Notes under the pieces: model-generated
Databases searched by the model: none
Told to the model about the DNA's origin: nothing
What the model saw: the letters and a program-made list of their open reading frames with translations, nothing else
In this document: piece by piece, positions 1 to 8,604 of the stretch
Layout of the letters: the number at the start of each line of letters is the position of its first letter
Position numbering within the stretch: position 1 is the first letter of the stretch
Program-made: the position numbers and the translations under genes
Assembly: GCA_965649265.1 (NCBI GenBank)
Contig: CBFGKC010000005.1
Span: 1-64,000 of the forward strand
Source: a candidate division WOR-3 bacterium
GTDB taxonomy: Bacteria; Hydrothermota; Tepidihabitantia; B3-TA06
DNA: 64,000 nt
Direction of reading: 5' to 3'

Positions 1-410
1 GCCCAGTGGGCAGGGTAGAACCTGCTCCTTGGCTTGCCCTTCGTCTTTACACCCAACCTGCGAAGGATGTGTCTCATCGTGTTCTCCGACAGGTGGATGT
101 TGTACTCCCTCCTCAGTATCCAGGCTAGTCGCCTTCGACCGTATCCTGTTGCTTTGCGAAGCTTGGATATCAGCCGCTCTACCTTGGAGGCCGTCCTGCG
201 AGGCGAGATGTGAGGTCGGCGGGAGCGATCTCTGAGGCCTTTATCTCCCTCCTCCTCGTGGCGTCTTAACCACTTGCGAACTACCTGACGGGAGGTCCCA
301 AGCTCACGGGATACCCCAGAGATACTTTTCAACTCCCGATAACGTTCCACCATCAAAAGCCTTGCTTCAACCATGTTCATAATGTATAATCTCGCATACC
401 GTATTTGCAT
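1..410 (-). mobile_element. IS481-family-like transposase, N-terminal part (runs off the window start; not in ORF track)
   Basis: Manual minus-strand translation from ATG at 410 is open to base 1: MQIRYARLYIMNMVEARLLMVERYRELKSISGVSRELGTSRQVVRKWLRRHEEEGDKGLRDRSRRPHISPRRT...GYGRRRLAWILRREYNIHLSENTMRHILRR. It has an HTH plus the RSRRPHxSP motif typical of IS481 transposases; the DDE domain lies outside the window. Confidence 0.8.
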
Positions 411-412
411 AC

Positions 413-466
413 GCGGGGAATCTCCCTTAACAAGCTTCGCTTGTCAATACTCATGGAGATCCCCGC
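413..466. promoter_or_regulatory. Nested inverted repeat just upstream of the transposase start
   Basis: GCGGGGAATCTCC (413-425) pairs with GGAGATCCCCGC (455-466), with an inner ACAAGC-ttc-GCTTGT hairpin (430-444). It overlaps the minus-strand AAGGGAG RBS-like sequence (428-422). Confidence 0.6.
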
Positions 467-526
467 TTTCTTTAATACCATCCTTAAACCCTGGTAACCT
501 TCTCCTGGCGAAATGACTATTCGGGG

Positions 527-555
527 TTGACAAAAGGCCTTTGCGGCCTTAGAGT
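527..555 (+). promoter_or_regulatory. sigma70-type promoter of the skp-lpx operon (probably leaderless)
   Basis: TTGACA (527-532), 17 nt, TAGAGT (550-555); ATG at 563 with no SD sequence. Confidence 0.6.
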
Positions 556-562
556 TAGGGTT

Positions 563-1549
563 ATGGGGAATAAAACACTACTTTCAATACTGGGCGCCGT
601 TCTCTTGGCGGGAGCGGTCTATGCCCAGACAAAGACGGCTTTTGTCGATTCTGAGAAAATCCTGGCCGAGTATGAAGATGCAAAGCTTGCCCGTGCAACT
701 CTTGACCAGGCAATACTCCAGTGGCGAAACGAACTGGATTCAATGCGCCGCGCCAATGAAAAAGCGGAGGCTGAGTTCAAGGCTCAACAGCCCATGCTCT
801 CAGAAGAAGCCCTGAGGGCGCGCCAGCAGGAACTCGCAAAGATGCGCAAGGAATATGACGACTTCGCTCAGAATATATGGGGCGAAAACGGTAAGGTGTC
901 GAAAAAACATGGAGAACTTTTTTCACCAATTCTGGATAAGATGAACAAGGTCATTGAACAGCTGGCCGCAGAAAAGGGAATAGGACTTGTTCTTGACCTT
1001 TCGGCTGGAGGAATTCTTTACGCGGATGCGAATATGGACATTACATCTGACGTAATTACTGAACTAAACCGTGAATACGTCGCCGTGTCCGCAAGTTTCA
1101 AAAAAAGAGTGGCCGTATTGAGCGTATTTCCGGATTCAAGATCACAGGCAGCCGGACTTGCAAGCGAGGTGCGCGGGATGATGCTGAAAACGGTCATTTC
1201 GTCTCTGGGTAACACGGATCTCAATTTCGAGCAGGTCGGGGAATCGGAGATACAGACTGTGCTTCAGTCGTACGGTGCAACCTTTGAGAGTGCCGTTGAC
1301 GATACCAACGCATTAAGGATAGGATTAAGTCTTAACGCGGACCTGGTCATGAAAGCCAGCGTCACCACCGAAGCGGGACAGATTTCGGTCATAATAGATT
1401 CCTACCTCCCCAAGGAGGGCAGAAAAATCATACAGCTGGGTGACCAGGTTGCCGAGAAAGACAAGAATCTCTATCTCGAGCAAAAAGTCCGGACAATGGT
1501 AGCTCAAATACTCTCATCTTCCGTTTCTTCTGAAACTAAACAGCCTTAA
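563..1549 (+). CDS. skp: OmpH/Skp periplasmic chaperone with an extra C-terminal alpha/beta domain
   Basis: Signal peptide, KTAFVDSEKIL, coiled coil, and GLVLD..GILYAD..DITSDVITELN (Skp end), followed by about 155 extra aa. Lies upstream of lpxD. Start moved to ATG 563. Confidence 0.8.
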   Translation: MGNKTLLSILGAVLLAGAVYAQTKTAFVDSEKILAEYEDAKLARATLDQAILQWRNELDSMRRANEKAEAEFKAQQPMLSEEALRARQQELAKMRKEYDDFAQNIWGENGKVSKKHGELFSPILDKMNKVIEQLAAEKGIGLVLDLSAGGILYADANMDITSDVITELNREYVAVSASFKKRVAVLSVFPDSRSQAAGLASEVRGMMLKTVISSLGNTDLNFEQVGESEIQTVLQSYGATFESAVDDTNALRIGLSLNADLVMKASVTTEAGQISVIIDSYLPKEGRKIIQLGDQVAEKDKNLYLEQKVRTMVAQILSSSVSSETKQP

Positions 1550-2535
1550 TGCCTACGCCTCTCTTCCTTAGTAAAATCACAGGGGGAGAGGTAGCAGGAG
1601 ACGATTCTTTTGAGATTAGAGGCGCCAATGATTTCGCGAACGCCGGCAGGGATGAACTCGCGTTCTACGACGGAAGCGATAGTGAAAAGCTCTCCGGCTC
1701 GAAAGCCGGATGCATTATTACGAATCTGAGGCCGGCAGCTTTCAAAGCCCGATCACTCATCATCGTTTCAAACGTTCGTCTTTCCTGGGCCAGGGCCCTA
1801 TCCGCTTTTTCGCGAATAAGAGACGAAGCTTGTGGATCATTGACTTTCGTCTCGCCCTCCTCATCGGTAGATTCCTCAGCCGTGCTTCTTCCCTTCACAT
1901 ACGTCGGGCCAGGCGCCTCAATAGGTGAAGGATCCGTTATCGGACCCAACGTTACCATACTCAGCGGAACAAGGATCGGTGCCCGTGTCAAGATCAATGC
2001 CGGGTCCGTTATCGGTTCGGAGGGGTTCGGCTACACAAAAGACGAGGAAGGCAATCACGTTCACATACCACAACTCGGCATAGTAATAATAGAAGATGAT
2101 GTCGAGATAGGGGCCGGTGTGACCGTGGACAGGGCGGCGATCGGAGAAACGAGGATAGGCAAGGGAACCAAGATCGATAACCTGGTTCACATAGCCCACA
2201 ATGTGAAAATCGGTGAGAGGTGCATCATAACAGGACAGTGCGGTATAGCCGGTTCCTCCGTTCTAGATGATGAGGTTGTGCTTGCCGGGCAAGTCGGGGT
2301 CAAGGATCATGTCCGCATCGGGAAAGGAGCCGTTGTGCTCGCCAAGTCTGCCGTTTTCAAGGACATAGAACCCGGGGCTGTGGTTTCGGGCATCCCGGCC
2401 CGCGACCACAGGCAAACGCTTCGAGCCCAGGCAAGACTCTTGAGAGGTGAATCGGGGAATAAAGGATCGTCCGGGGAAAAAAAGGCTCAAAACACTACAT
2501 TGCTTTCAGAAGATGCAGGTACAAAGAACGATTAA
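1549..2535 (+). CDS. lpxD: UDP-3-O-(3-hydroxyacyl)glucosamine N-acyltransferase
   Basis: IGSEGFGY, IPQLGIVIIEDDVEIGA, TKIDNLVHIAHNV, GQCGIAGS and hexapeptide repeats. Confidence 0.95.
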   Translation: MPTPLFLSKITGGEVAGDDSFEIRGANDFANAGRDELAFYDGSDSEKLSGSKAGCIITNLRPAAFKARSLIIVSNVRLSWARALSAFSRIRDEACGSLTFVSPSSSVDSSAVLLPFTYVGPGASIGEGSVIGPNVTILSGTRIGARVKINAGSVIGSEGFGYTKDEEGNHVHIPQLGIVIIEDDVEIGAGVTVDRAAIGETRIGKGTKIDNLVHIAHNVKIGERCIITGQCGIAGSSVLDDEVVLAGQVGVKDHVRIGKGAVVLAKSAVFKDIEPGAVVSGIPARDHRQTLRAQARLLRGESGNKGSSGEKKAQNTTLLSEDAGTKND

Positions 2536-3298
2536 GACGAGGATCGAGCTTTCGGGCGACACCCTCTGGACTCCTGGAAGATCGAGGGTAATCATGTTTC
2601 CCGCAGAACCGAATACTGGCATATTGATGCAAAAGGTGAATAAGGGTCAGGTAGTCAAATTCCATCTATCCGTAAAGAACGTTTATGTAAACTCTTCACG
2701 AGTCGTGCTCAAGAAGGGGGAGGAGAGGCTCTCTTTCATAGAACACCTTCTTGCCGCCGTTTACGGCATGGGGATAGACAACGTGAGGATAGAAGTCGAA
2801 GGTGATGAACTGCCGTTTTTCGACGGAAGCTCTTCGGCGTATGTAGAGGCCATCAAGAATGCCGGCATCGAAGAGCAGGGGGTGGCCAGACAAAAGCTCT
2901 CGCTTAAAAGATCCCTCATGCTCATTGCACGCGGACGGATATTTTATCTTTCCCCTGCTCCCAGACTGGGAATAAGTTACGTTTTTTTTCATAAGGGGTT
3001 GAGATTAAAGAGATTTATGGATATAGAAGCCATTTTTGCAGACTCGATAGCGCCTGCAAGGACATTTGCAGCAGGTCCTTTCCCGAGTTTTGAGTACCCG
3101 TTTGGAGTTCGTCAAAGCAAAAAGCTGAGCTTTCCCTATCCGTCGAGATTCTCCGATGAGATGCTAAGGCATAAGGTTCTCGACATGATAGGTGATCTTG
3201 CCCTTCTTGGGAAGCGGCTGGCAGCGCACATATGGGCTTTCGGCACAGGACACCGGCACACGCACGAGGCCGTAAAGCTTCTTCTAAGAGAAACCTGA
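2513..3298 (+). CDS. lpxC: UDP-3-O-acyl-N-acetylglucosamine deacetylase (divergent)
   Basis: QRTIK at the N-terminus, IEHLLAA, LPFFDGSS, IAPARTF, RHKVLDMIGDL and GH zinc/catalytic motifs. Start taken at ATG 2513. Confidence 0.9.
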   Translation: MQVQRTIKTRIELSGDTLWTPGRSRVIMFPAEPNTGILMQKVNKGQVVKFHLSVKNVYVNSSRVVLKKGEERLSFIEHLLAAVYGMGIDNVRIEVEGDELPFFDGSSSAYVEAIKNAGIEEQGVARQKLSLKRSLMLIARGRIFYLSPAPRLGISYVFFHKGLRLKRFMDIEAIFADSIAPARTFAAGPFPSFEYPFGVRQSKKLSFPYPSRFSDEMLRHKVLDMIGDLALLGKRLAAHIWAFGTGHRHTHEAVKLLLRET

Positions 3299-3317
3299 AG
3301 AACCAAGGAGGTTCTTA

Positions 3318-3764
3318 GTGACGACAATGAATATTGATGAGATAAGAGAAAAACTGCACCACCGTTACCCGTTCCTTTTGATAGACAGGGTGACAAAACT
3401 CGAGGATGGGGAGGCCTGGGGCTACAAGAACGTGACTCACAACGAACCCTTCTTTCCGGGGCATTTTCCGGAGTTCCCGGTGATGCCCGGGGTACTGATC
3501 GTCGAGGCGATGGCACAGCTAGGCGGTCTCATAATCCTTGCAAAGAAGGACGGCCCGGAGGATCGCAACATGCTTTTTATGGGTATCGATAAGATACGCT
3601 TCCGCAGGGCGGTAAGACCCGGCGACAGGCTGGATATGCACGCGAAGATTGTCATGCACCGCAAGGCCGAAAAGACGGAACAGGCAAGGTTGGAAGTTCA
3701 AGCGCACGTCGAAGGCGAACTTGCAGCCTCCGGCGAGTTCCTGGTCGGCCTTTTCCCCAAGTAG
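3318..3764 (+). CDS. fabZ: 3-hydroxyacyl-ACP dehydratase
   Basis: HRYPFLLIDRV, KNVTHNEPFFPGHFP..PVMPGVLIVEAMAQ; AAGGAGG RBS before the GTG start. Confidence 0.95.
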   Translation: MTTMNIDEIREKLHHRYPFLLIDRVTKLEDGEAWGYKNVTHNEPFFPGHFPEFPVMPGVLIVEAMAQLGGLIILAKKDGPEDRNMLFMGIDKIRFRRAVRPGDRLDMHAKIVMHRKAEKTEQARLEVQAHVEGELAASGEFLVGLFPK

Positions 3765-3798
3765 GCGATAAATCATTATACTTTTAATGATTTATCGC
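3765..3798. repeat. Perfect 14-bp inverted repeat between fabZ and lpxA
   Basis: GCGATAAATCATTA-tacttt-TAATGATTTATCGC; no U-tract, so more likely REP-like or an operator than a terminator. Confidence 0.7.
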
Positions 3799-3811
3799 GT
3801 CTAAAGCCATA

Positions 3812-4603
3812 ATGGCTATTCATCCAACCGCAATAGTTTCATCTGAAGCCAGAATCGCTGACGGGTGCAGCATTGGCCCGTATGCGGTCATCGAGGACGG
3901 TGCCGTTATCGGCCCAGGAAGCGAGATTGCTTCGCACTCGGTCATAAAAAAAGGCGTAATCATCGACAAGAGGTGCTCTGTAGGAGAATACGCAGTCCTT
4001 GGTGGTCTGCCTCAGGATACCCGATTCGAAGGCGAAGAAAGCTTTGTCGAGATAGGGGAAGGGGTTACCATCCGCGAATTTGCAACCGTTCATCGCGCAA
4101 CCGGCCGGGGCGAACGAACCGTTATCGGCTCCAACTCCCTCATCATGGCTTATGCGCATGTTTCGCATAATTGTATCTTAGAAGAGAACGTTACCGTCGT
4201 AAACGCCGTTCATCTTGCAGGTCATGTCACGATCGGCAGGGCTGCATTTATCGGAGGGTCGACGGGAGTTCATCAGTTTGTTCGCATAGGCAGTCTTGCA
4301 ATGGTCGGCGCACACTCTTACCTGACACAGGACCTCCCCCCCTACCTTCTGGGCTCCGGCAATCCTTTCAGGGTGAGAGGTATCAACCGTGTCGGACTCG
4401 AACGGGCCGGCATCCCACAAGATCGTCGAACACTTTTGCGAAGAGTCTATAGACTTCTCTACCGCGACCCAAGGCCGAGGGTGGAGGCATTTGCCGATCT
4501 TTCGCCTGAGGAGAATCTTGTTCCAGAAGTATCCGAATTTATTAAGTTTATAAGCGAATCCGGTCGTGGCATCAGGTTGAAGACCGGAAGGGATGACGAT
4601 TGA
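3812..4603 (+). CDS. lpxA: Acyl-ACP--UDP-N-acetylglucosamine O-acyltransferase
   Basis: IHPTAIV, GGLPQD, IREFATVHRAT, MAYAHVSHNC, HQFVRIG, GINRVGLER. Confidence 0.96.
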   Translation: MAIHPTAIVSSEARIADGCSIGPYAVIEDGAVIGPGSEIASHSVIKKGVIIDKRCSVGEYAVLGGLPQDTRFEGEESFVEIGEGVTIREFATVHRATGRGERTVIGSNSLIMAYAHVSHNCILEENVTVVNAVHLAGHVTIGRAAFIGGSTGVHQFVRIGSLAMVGAHSYLTQDLPPYLLGSGNPFRVRGINRVGLERAGIPQDRRTLLRRVYRLLYRDPRPRVEAFADLSPEENLVPEVSEFIKFISESGRGIRLKTGRDDD

Positions 4604-4866
4604 GAAACATCCAGGTCAAGGTGATTCCGAAGTCCTCGAAACAGAGAATATCCGAGGTGTCTCCGGAGAATTTCAAGGTGTGGGTTCACTCGGCTCCCGA
4701 GAAGGGCAAGGCTAACGATGAGGTGATAGAACTTGTCTCCGAGTACTTCAAGGTGTCTCCGTCAAGGGTCAAATTGCTCAAGGGCGAACACTCACGAACA
4801 AAGATCCTGGCTATTGACATGGACACTCTTTCCCGTAAGATTGGAAGTCAAAACAAGGAGGCGTGA
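4600..4866 (+). CDS. DUF167/YggU family protein
   Basis: VKVIPKS...APEKGKANDEV...KGEHSRTK. Confidence 0.85.
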   Translation: MRNIQVKVIPKSSKQRISEVSPENFKVWVHSAPEKGKANDEVIELVSEYFKVSPSRVKLLKGEHSRTKILAIDMDTLSRKIGSQNKEA

Positions 4867-5681
4867 TGGCCAGATATATTTTGGCTTTTATACTTCTGCT
4901 GGCAGGCGGCTTGGTCCTTGTGGCCCTGAACTGCGACAGCGTAAACACGACGCAGCAGAGGGTGGATTTTGAGGAGCTTAACGTAGTTACCAGGAGCGTA
5001 TATCTGACTCAATACGAGGAACCCAGAGCTTACTCGCTCGTAAATTTCTCCTGGGCAGGGTCAGACGCAGGCCTCGGTAAGGAGCTTATCGTCGAAAGAA
5101 GCTCGGGTAACGATTTTCTCGTACAGGATACGATTGCTCTGACAGGCTCTGCCGGGAGCTTTTCTGACCCTGACTCTCTTTCCGCAGGCCTGGCCGTAAA
5201 TTACCGCCTCCTTTCCTTTGACCAGGGCAGGACTTCGGTAGTACATGACTTTAAATGTGAACCGCTCGGACAAATCAAGTTTCTTATACAAGATACCGTT
5301 TTCAGTGTGACAACTCAATCGGAAGACAAAAAACCGTCCCGCAGAGTCGAACCAAGGGAGAACCAAACCAGGGTGCGTGTTTCATTCCTGTGGGAACCTT
5401 TACCAGGCGTGCAAGAATATGATGTCGAGATAATGTCACTTAAGAATCTTGCGCCCTTACCTGATGGGGAAGTGCTTGTAAAAGGAGAACTAAAATCAAT
5501 CGACAAAAACAATATAGTATGGGATATAGATACCGATAAGCTCGTTCCTGGCAGGAGTTACATTCTCAAGGTTAAGGCGCAACTTCCGGACGAGCATGGT
5601 TCAAGGACAACCGAAGGATACAGGCTTTTTGTCCTTTCCGGTGCCCCGAAACAAGTAAAACCAGTTAACGGAGGAGGGTAA
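4866..5681 (+). CDS. Hypothetical exported protein or lipoprotein with beta-sandwich (FN3-like) character
   Basis: Hydrophobic N-terminus ending VALNC; AAGGAGG RBS; beta-rich sequence; operonic. Confidence 0.6.
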   Translation: MARYILAFILLLAGGLVLVALNCDSVNTTQQRVDFEELNVVTRSVYLTQYEEPRAYSLVNFSWAGSDAGLGKELIVERSSGNDFLVQDTIALTGSAGSFSDPDSLSAGLAVNYRLLSFDQGRTSVVHDFKCEPLGQIKFLIQDTVFSVTTQSEDKKPSRRVEPRENQTRVRVSFLWEPLPGVQEYDVEIMSLKNLAPLPDGEVLVKGELKSIDKNNIVWDIDTDKLVPGRSYILKVKAQLPDEHGSRTTEGYRLFVLSGAPKQVKPVNGGG

Positions 5682-5687
5682 GAAATT

Positions 5688-6425
5688 ATGAATGATCAAA
5701 AGAAAAACGAAAATCGCCACATATGGATGACGGTGTTAATTTCAGCCGCTGTGGCCCTGGTCGTCTCTCTCCTGGTTACTGCGGCTTTTAACATACCTGT
5801 CTTGCTTTCATTTTTTTCAAAACCGGTGCCTCAGTTCGAAGGTATGACAATAAAAGAAGCCCAACTCCTCTCCACGAAGTACCACCTTGTTCTGACCACG
5901 GTTGACGAGGAACCCAGCGAAATTAAAAAGGGTACAATCCTAACCCAGGAACCAAAGGCCGGCACAAGGTTAAAACGCGGCGAGGAGATACGCGTCGTCG
6001 TAAGCTCTGGAAAGCCGACAGTTAAAATGCCTGACCTTGGAGGTTTTGACCTGATCCATGCAACCGAGATGCTTCAGGCCACGGGTCTTTTCGTTGAAGA
6101 TGTAATTTCCAAGCACGACACGATGCTTGAGGACCTGGTAATTTACACCGAGCCGGCTTCAGGTTCGCCTGTTGAAAAGGGAAGCAAGATAATCCTTTTT
6201 GTAAGTCTCGGACCCAGCGAAGTTGAGGTGCCCAAGGTAACGGGCAAAAGGCTCACGGAAGCTAAGTCCATCCTTGAGGAAAAAGGGTTCTCTCTTGGTG
6301 ATATACGATACGAAGTAACCACTGAATATTACCAGGGTATCATAATGAGACAAACACCTAAAGCAGGCGAAAAGGCGGCCAAGGGTTCTGAAGTGGACCT
6401 TGTGGTTGCCGGAGTGTTGCGCTAG
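5688..6425 (+). CDS. Membrane-anchored triple-PASTA domain protein
   Basis: TM helix followed by three VP/MP...G.I..Q.P.AG....G..V.L.VS repeats. Confidence 0.88.
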   Translation: MNDQKKNENRHIWMTVLISAAVALVVSLLVTAAFNIPVLLSFFSKPVPQFEGMTIKEAQLLSTKYHLVLTTVDEEPSEIKKGTILTQEPKAGTRLKRGEEIRVVVSSGKPTVKMPDLGGFDLIHATEMLQATGLFVEDVISKHDTMLEDLVIYTEPASGSPVEKGSKIILFVSLGPSEVEVPKVTGKRLTEAKSILEEKGFSLGDIRYEVTTEYYQGIIMRQTPKAGEKAAKGSEVDLVVAGVLR

Positions 6426-6426
6426 G

Positions 6427-7176
6427 ATGGCTGCTGAAAAGACTCGCGGCAGAGGATTTCTAAGGGTACTCCTGGTCATAGGTGGACTGATTGCTTTCTT
6501 TATTGTAGGCGTAGTGATAGCCAACTACATCGTTATGCCCCTTGTTGTCGGTAAGGGCAACGTCGTGGAGGTTCCGAACGTTGCCGGCCTGCCCCTTGAA
6601 GAAGCAATGGTAGTGCTCGATGAGAAAGGCTTCAAGGCGGTAGGTGACCAGAAGCGCCCGGATACGCTGTACGAAGAAGGTACGGTCGTCGAACAGAAAC
6701 CTGCGGCCGGAAGCAAGGTCAAGAAAGGACGTCTTGTTCAGCTAGTTGTGTCGAGCGGTGTCGAGGCCGTCCGCGTGCCTTACCTTCTCGGTCTAACCTG
6801 GGAGCAGGCGCTCTCCATCGCCGAGCGGCGCGGTTTCGAGATTGAAAAGGTAGACACGGTGCAGAGCGATACTCTGGCACCCGGACGAATCGTTACCATG
6901 AAGCCCGATCCTGAGACTCGGGTAACGCCCGGAACCAAACTGCATCTCTACATCTCGGCAGGGGCTGCGGACAAGAATATACCCATGCCAACTCTCATAG
7001 ATATGCCACTTGAACGGGCTCGCTCGGTTCTTGAACGCGACTCGTTGGTTCTCGGAACCCTGAATTACATGGCAATCTCCGGCAAGGGCGGCATAGTAGT
7101 GCTTCAGGCGCCGGACCCCGGTGTGCTTGTCGGCGTGGGCGATACGGTTCACCTTACGGTCGGGCAGGAACAATAA
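6427..7176 (+). CDS. Membrane-anchored triple-PASTA domain protein
   Basis: TM helix, then VPNVAG...QKPAAGSKVKKGRLVQLVVS, VPYLLG and MPTLID repeats; start at ATG 6427. Confidence 0.88.
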   Translation: MAAEKTRGRGFLRVLLVIGGLIAFFIVGVVIANYIVMPLVVGKGNVVEVPNVAGLPLEEAMVVLDEKGFKAVGDQKRPDTLYEEGTVVEQKPAAGSKVKKGRLVQLVVSSGVEAVRVPYLLGLTWEQALSIAERRGFEIEKVDTVQSDTLAPGRIVTMKPDPETRVTPGTKLHLYISAGAADKNIPMPTLIDMPLERARSVLERDSLVLGTLNYMAISGKGGIVVLQAPDPGVLVGVGDTVHLTVGQEQ

Positions 7177-7304
7177 ACCGCCCCGACACACACATCCCGA
7201 AGTGTCGTGGGAGCAAGAGTTGTGAGTTGTGCGTCGAATCTAATGTTCATACAATCGGAGAGTCAGACAAAATCGGACGAGTTTAAAAAAGGCAGAAATG
7301 ACTC

Positions 7305-7955
7305 GTGAATGACAGAATTCAAATATCCGCCTCCATTCTAAACTGCGATTTTTCGCGGCTTGGAGAAGAAATACGCGCCGCCGAGAAAGCGGGCGTGGAT
7401 GCCTTTCACCTCGACGTGATGGACGGCCATTTTGTGCCAAACATAAGTTTCGGCCCGCCCGTCACCGCTCACATACGCAAGCTCACGGAACTCCCCATCC
7501 GTGCGCATCTTATGATAACGGATCCCGTCAAATACGCGCCCCGCTTCATTGAAACCGGCGCGGACGAAATTTTGTACCACGTCGAGGTCGCCACAGAGCT
7601 CACCCTACCCCATCTTTTAGACTTTTCAATCCCCGTAGGTGCGACACTTAACCCCAACACCCCGCTCGAAACCGTGTACCCGCTGCTGCCCGATTTGTCG
7701 CAAGTTTTGCTCATGAGCGTGTACCCGGGATTCGGAGGCCAGGGATTCATACGCGAGACCCTCGACCGTATCCTCTTACTAAAACGTGAGATAGAGCGCC
7801 AGGGGCTTTCCACGCCGATTTCGGTGGATGGCGGCATAAATCCCGAAACTGCGCCGCTTGTGCGCGACGCCGGGGCCGATATCCTCATCGTCGGTTCGGC
7901 ACTCTTCCGCTCCCCCGACTACGCCGAGGTCGTCCGCAAGGTCAAAGGACTGTAA
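7305..7955 (+). CDS. rpe: Ribulose-phosphate 3-epimerase
   Basis: SILNCDF, HLDVMDGHFVPNISFG, HLM, MSVYPGFGGQ, VDGGIN, GSALF. Confidence 0.97.
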   Translation: MNDRIQISASILNCDFSRLGEEIRAAEKAGVDAFHLDVMDGHFVPNISFGPPVTAHIRKLTELPIRAHLMITDPVKYAPRFIETGADEILYHVEVATELTLPHLLDFSIPVGATLNPNTPLETVYPLLPDLSQVLLMSVYPGFGGQGFIRETLDRILLLKREIERQGLSTPISVDGGINPETAPLVRDAGADILIVGSALFRSPDYAEVVRKVKGL

Positions 7956-7981
7956 GTTTCAACAAATCAGTACTTAATATA

Positions 7982-8020
7982 GGGGTCCCCGCAAAATTAC
8001 GAAAGTGATTTTGTGGGGTG
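7982..8020 (+). repeat. GGGGTCCCC-hairpin palindromic repeat, copy 1
   Basis: GGGGTCCCCGCAAAATTAC-gaaa-GTGATTTTGTGGGGTG; related copies in the opposite orientation at 55241-55278 and 62184-62224. Confidence 0.7.
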
Positions 8021-8021
8021 G

Positions 8022-8056
8022 AAAAGTGGGACAAAAGTGGGACAAAAGATGGACAG
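8022..8056 (+). repeat. Tandem AAAAGTGGGAC repeat
   Basis: AAAAGTGGGAC x2 plus degenerate AAAAGATGGAC; the same motif recurs near 62035-62059. Confidence 0.7.
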
Positions 8057-8211
8057 GGATTTGGCGTTAAAAGCGGGTAAGTGCCAGCAAATCTGTTGAC
8101 TTATGGCGTTTTTGAGCAAAAATCGAAAAATGGGAAAAAAGGGCCGTTTTCCCCCCTTTTTGACTGAAAACGGTCAAGAGGCGGGGTGCAATCCCCCTCT
8201 CGTTCCCCCGG

Positions 8212-8467
8212 AGCGACGTTCCCCCTTAACAAGGGGGAATTGTCCGGCCCCCCTTTCGGTAAGGGGGGTAGGGGGGATTTCCCCTTAGTTCCCCTTCCCT
8301 TGATGAGAAGGGGGTAGGGGCAAGGTGGAACTTAGGAGTATAAAAGATCAACCATGAACTGGGCTTCACCGCCCCCCCATCCCCCTCCATCAAGGAGGGG
8401 GAGGTTTTTACCCCGGCAATCCCTCCGGCCACCCTTCCGGGTGTCCTCCTTCCTCAGAAAGGGAGGC
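8212..8467. repeat. Cluster of C-rich/G-rich REP-like palindromes, including an inverted pair (8291-8328 / 8365-8401)
   Basis: CCCCTTCCCTTGATGAGAAGGGGGTAGGGGCAAGGTG and TTCACCGCCCCCCCATCCCCCTCCATCAAGGAGGGGG; similar pairs at 9986-10086 and 62594-62721. Confidence 0.75.
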
Positions 8468-8502
8468 AAGGAAGTTTACTCGATTACCTGAAGCACTCCC
8501 AC

Positions 8503-8538
8503 GTCATTGTGAGCGGCTGAAAGCCGCCTGGCAATCTC
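8503..8538 (+). repeat. GTCATTG...GCAATCTC palindromic element
   Basis: GTCATTGTGAGCGGCTGAAAGCCGCCTGGCAATCTC matches the widespread GTCATTGCGAG...GCAATCTC REP/RPE-like family. Confidence 0.6.
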
Positions 8539-8569
8539 AAACGAAGCGGCACATTCTAAAACTCACTCC

Positions 8570-8597
8570 TTGACAAGGCAACCTTAAAAGGTATTAT
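8570..8597 (+). promoter_or_regulatory. sigma70-type promoter (probably leaderless)
   Basis: TTGACA-16nt-TATTAT; GTG start 7 nt downstream. Confidence 0.6.
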
Positions 8598-8604
8598 TTA
8601 GACT

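Noticed and set aside
3765-3798. Fur box
   Set aside because: It only partly resembles GATAATGATAATCATTATC and sits mid-operon; kept as a generic inverted repeat.
8103-8432. Short ORFs in the repeat regions (also 62116-62799, 55315-55518 and 29-235)
   Set aside because: They are Pro/Gly/Arg-rich translations of palindromic repeats, or antisense to the transposase; no RBS or recognisable domain.
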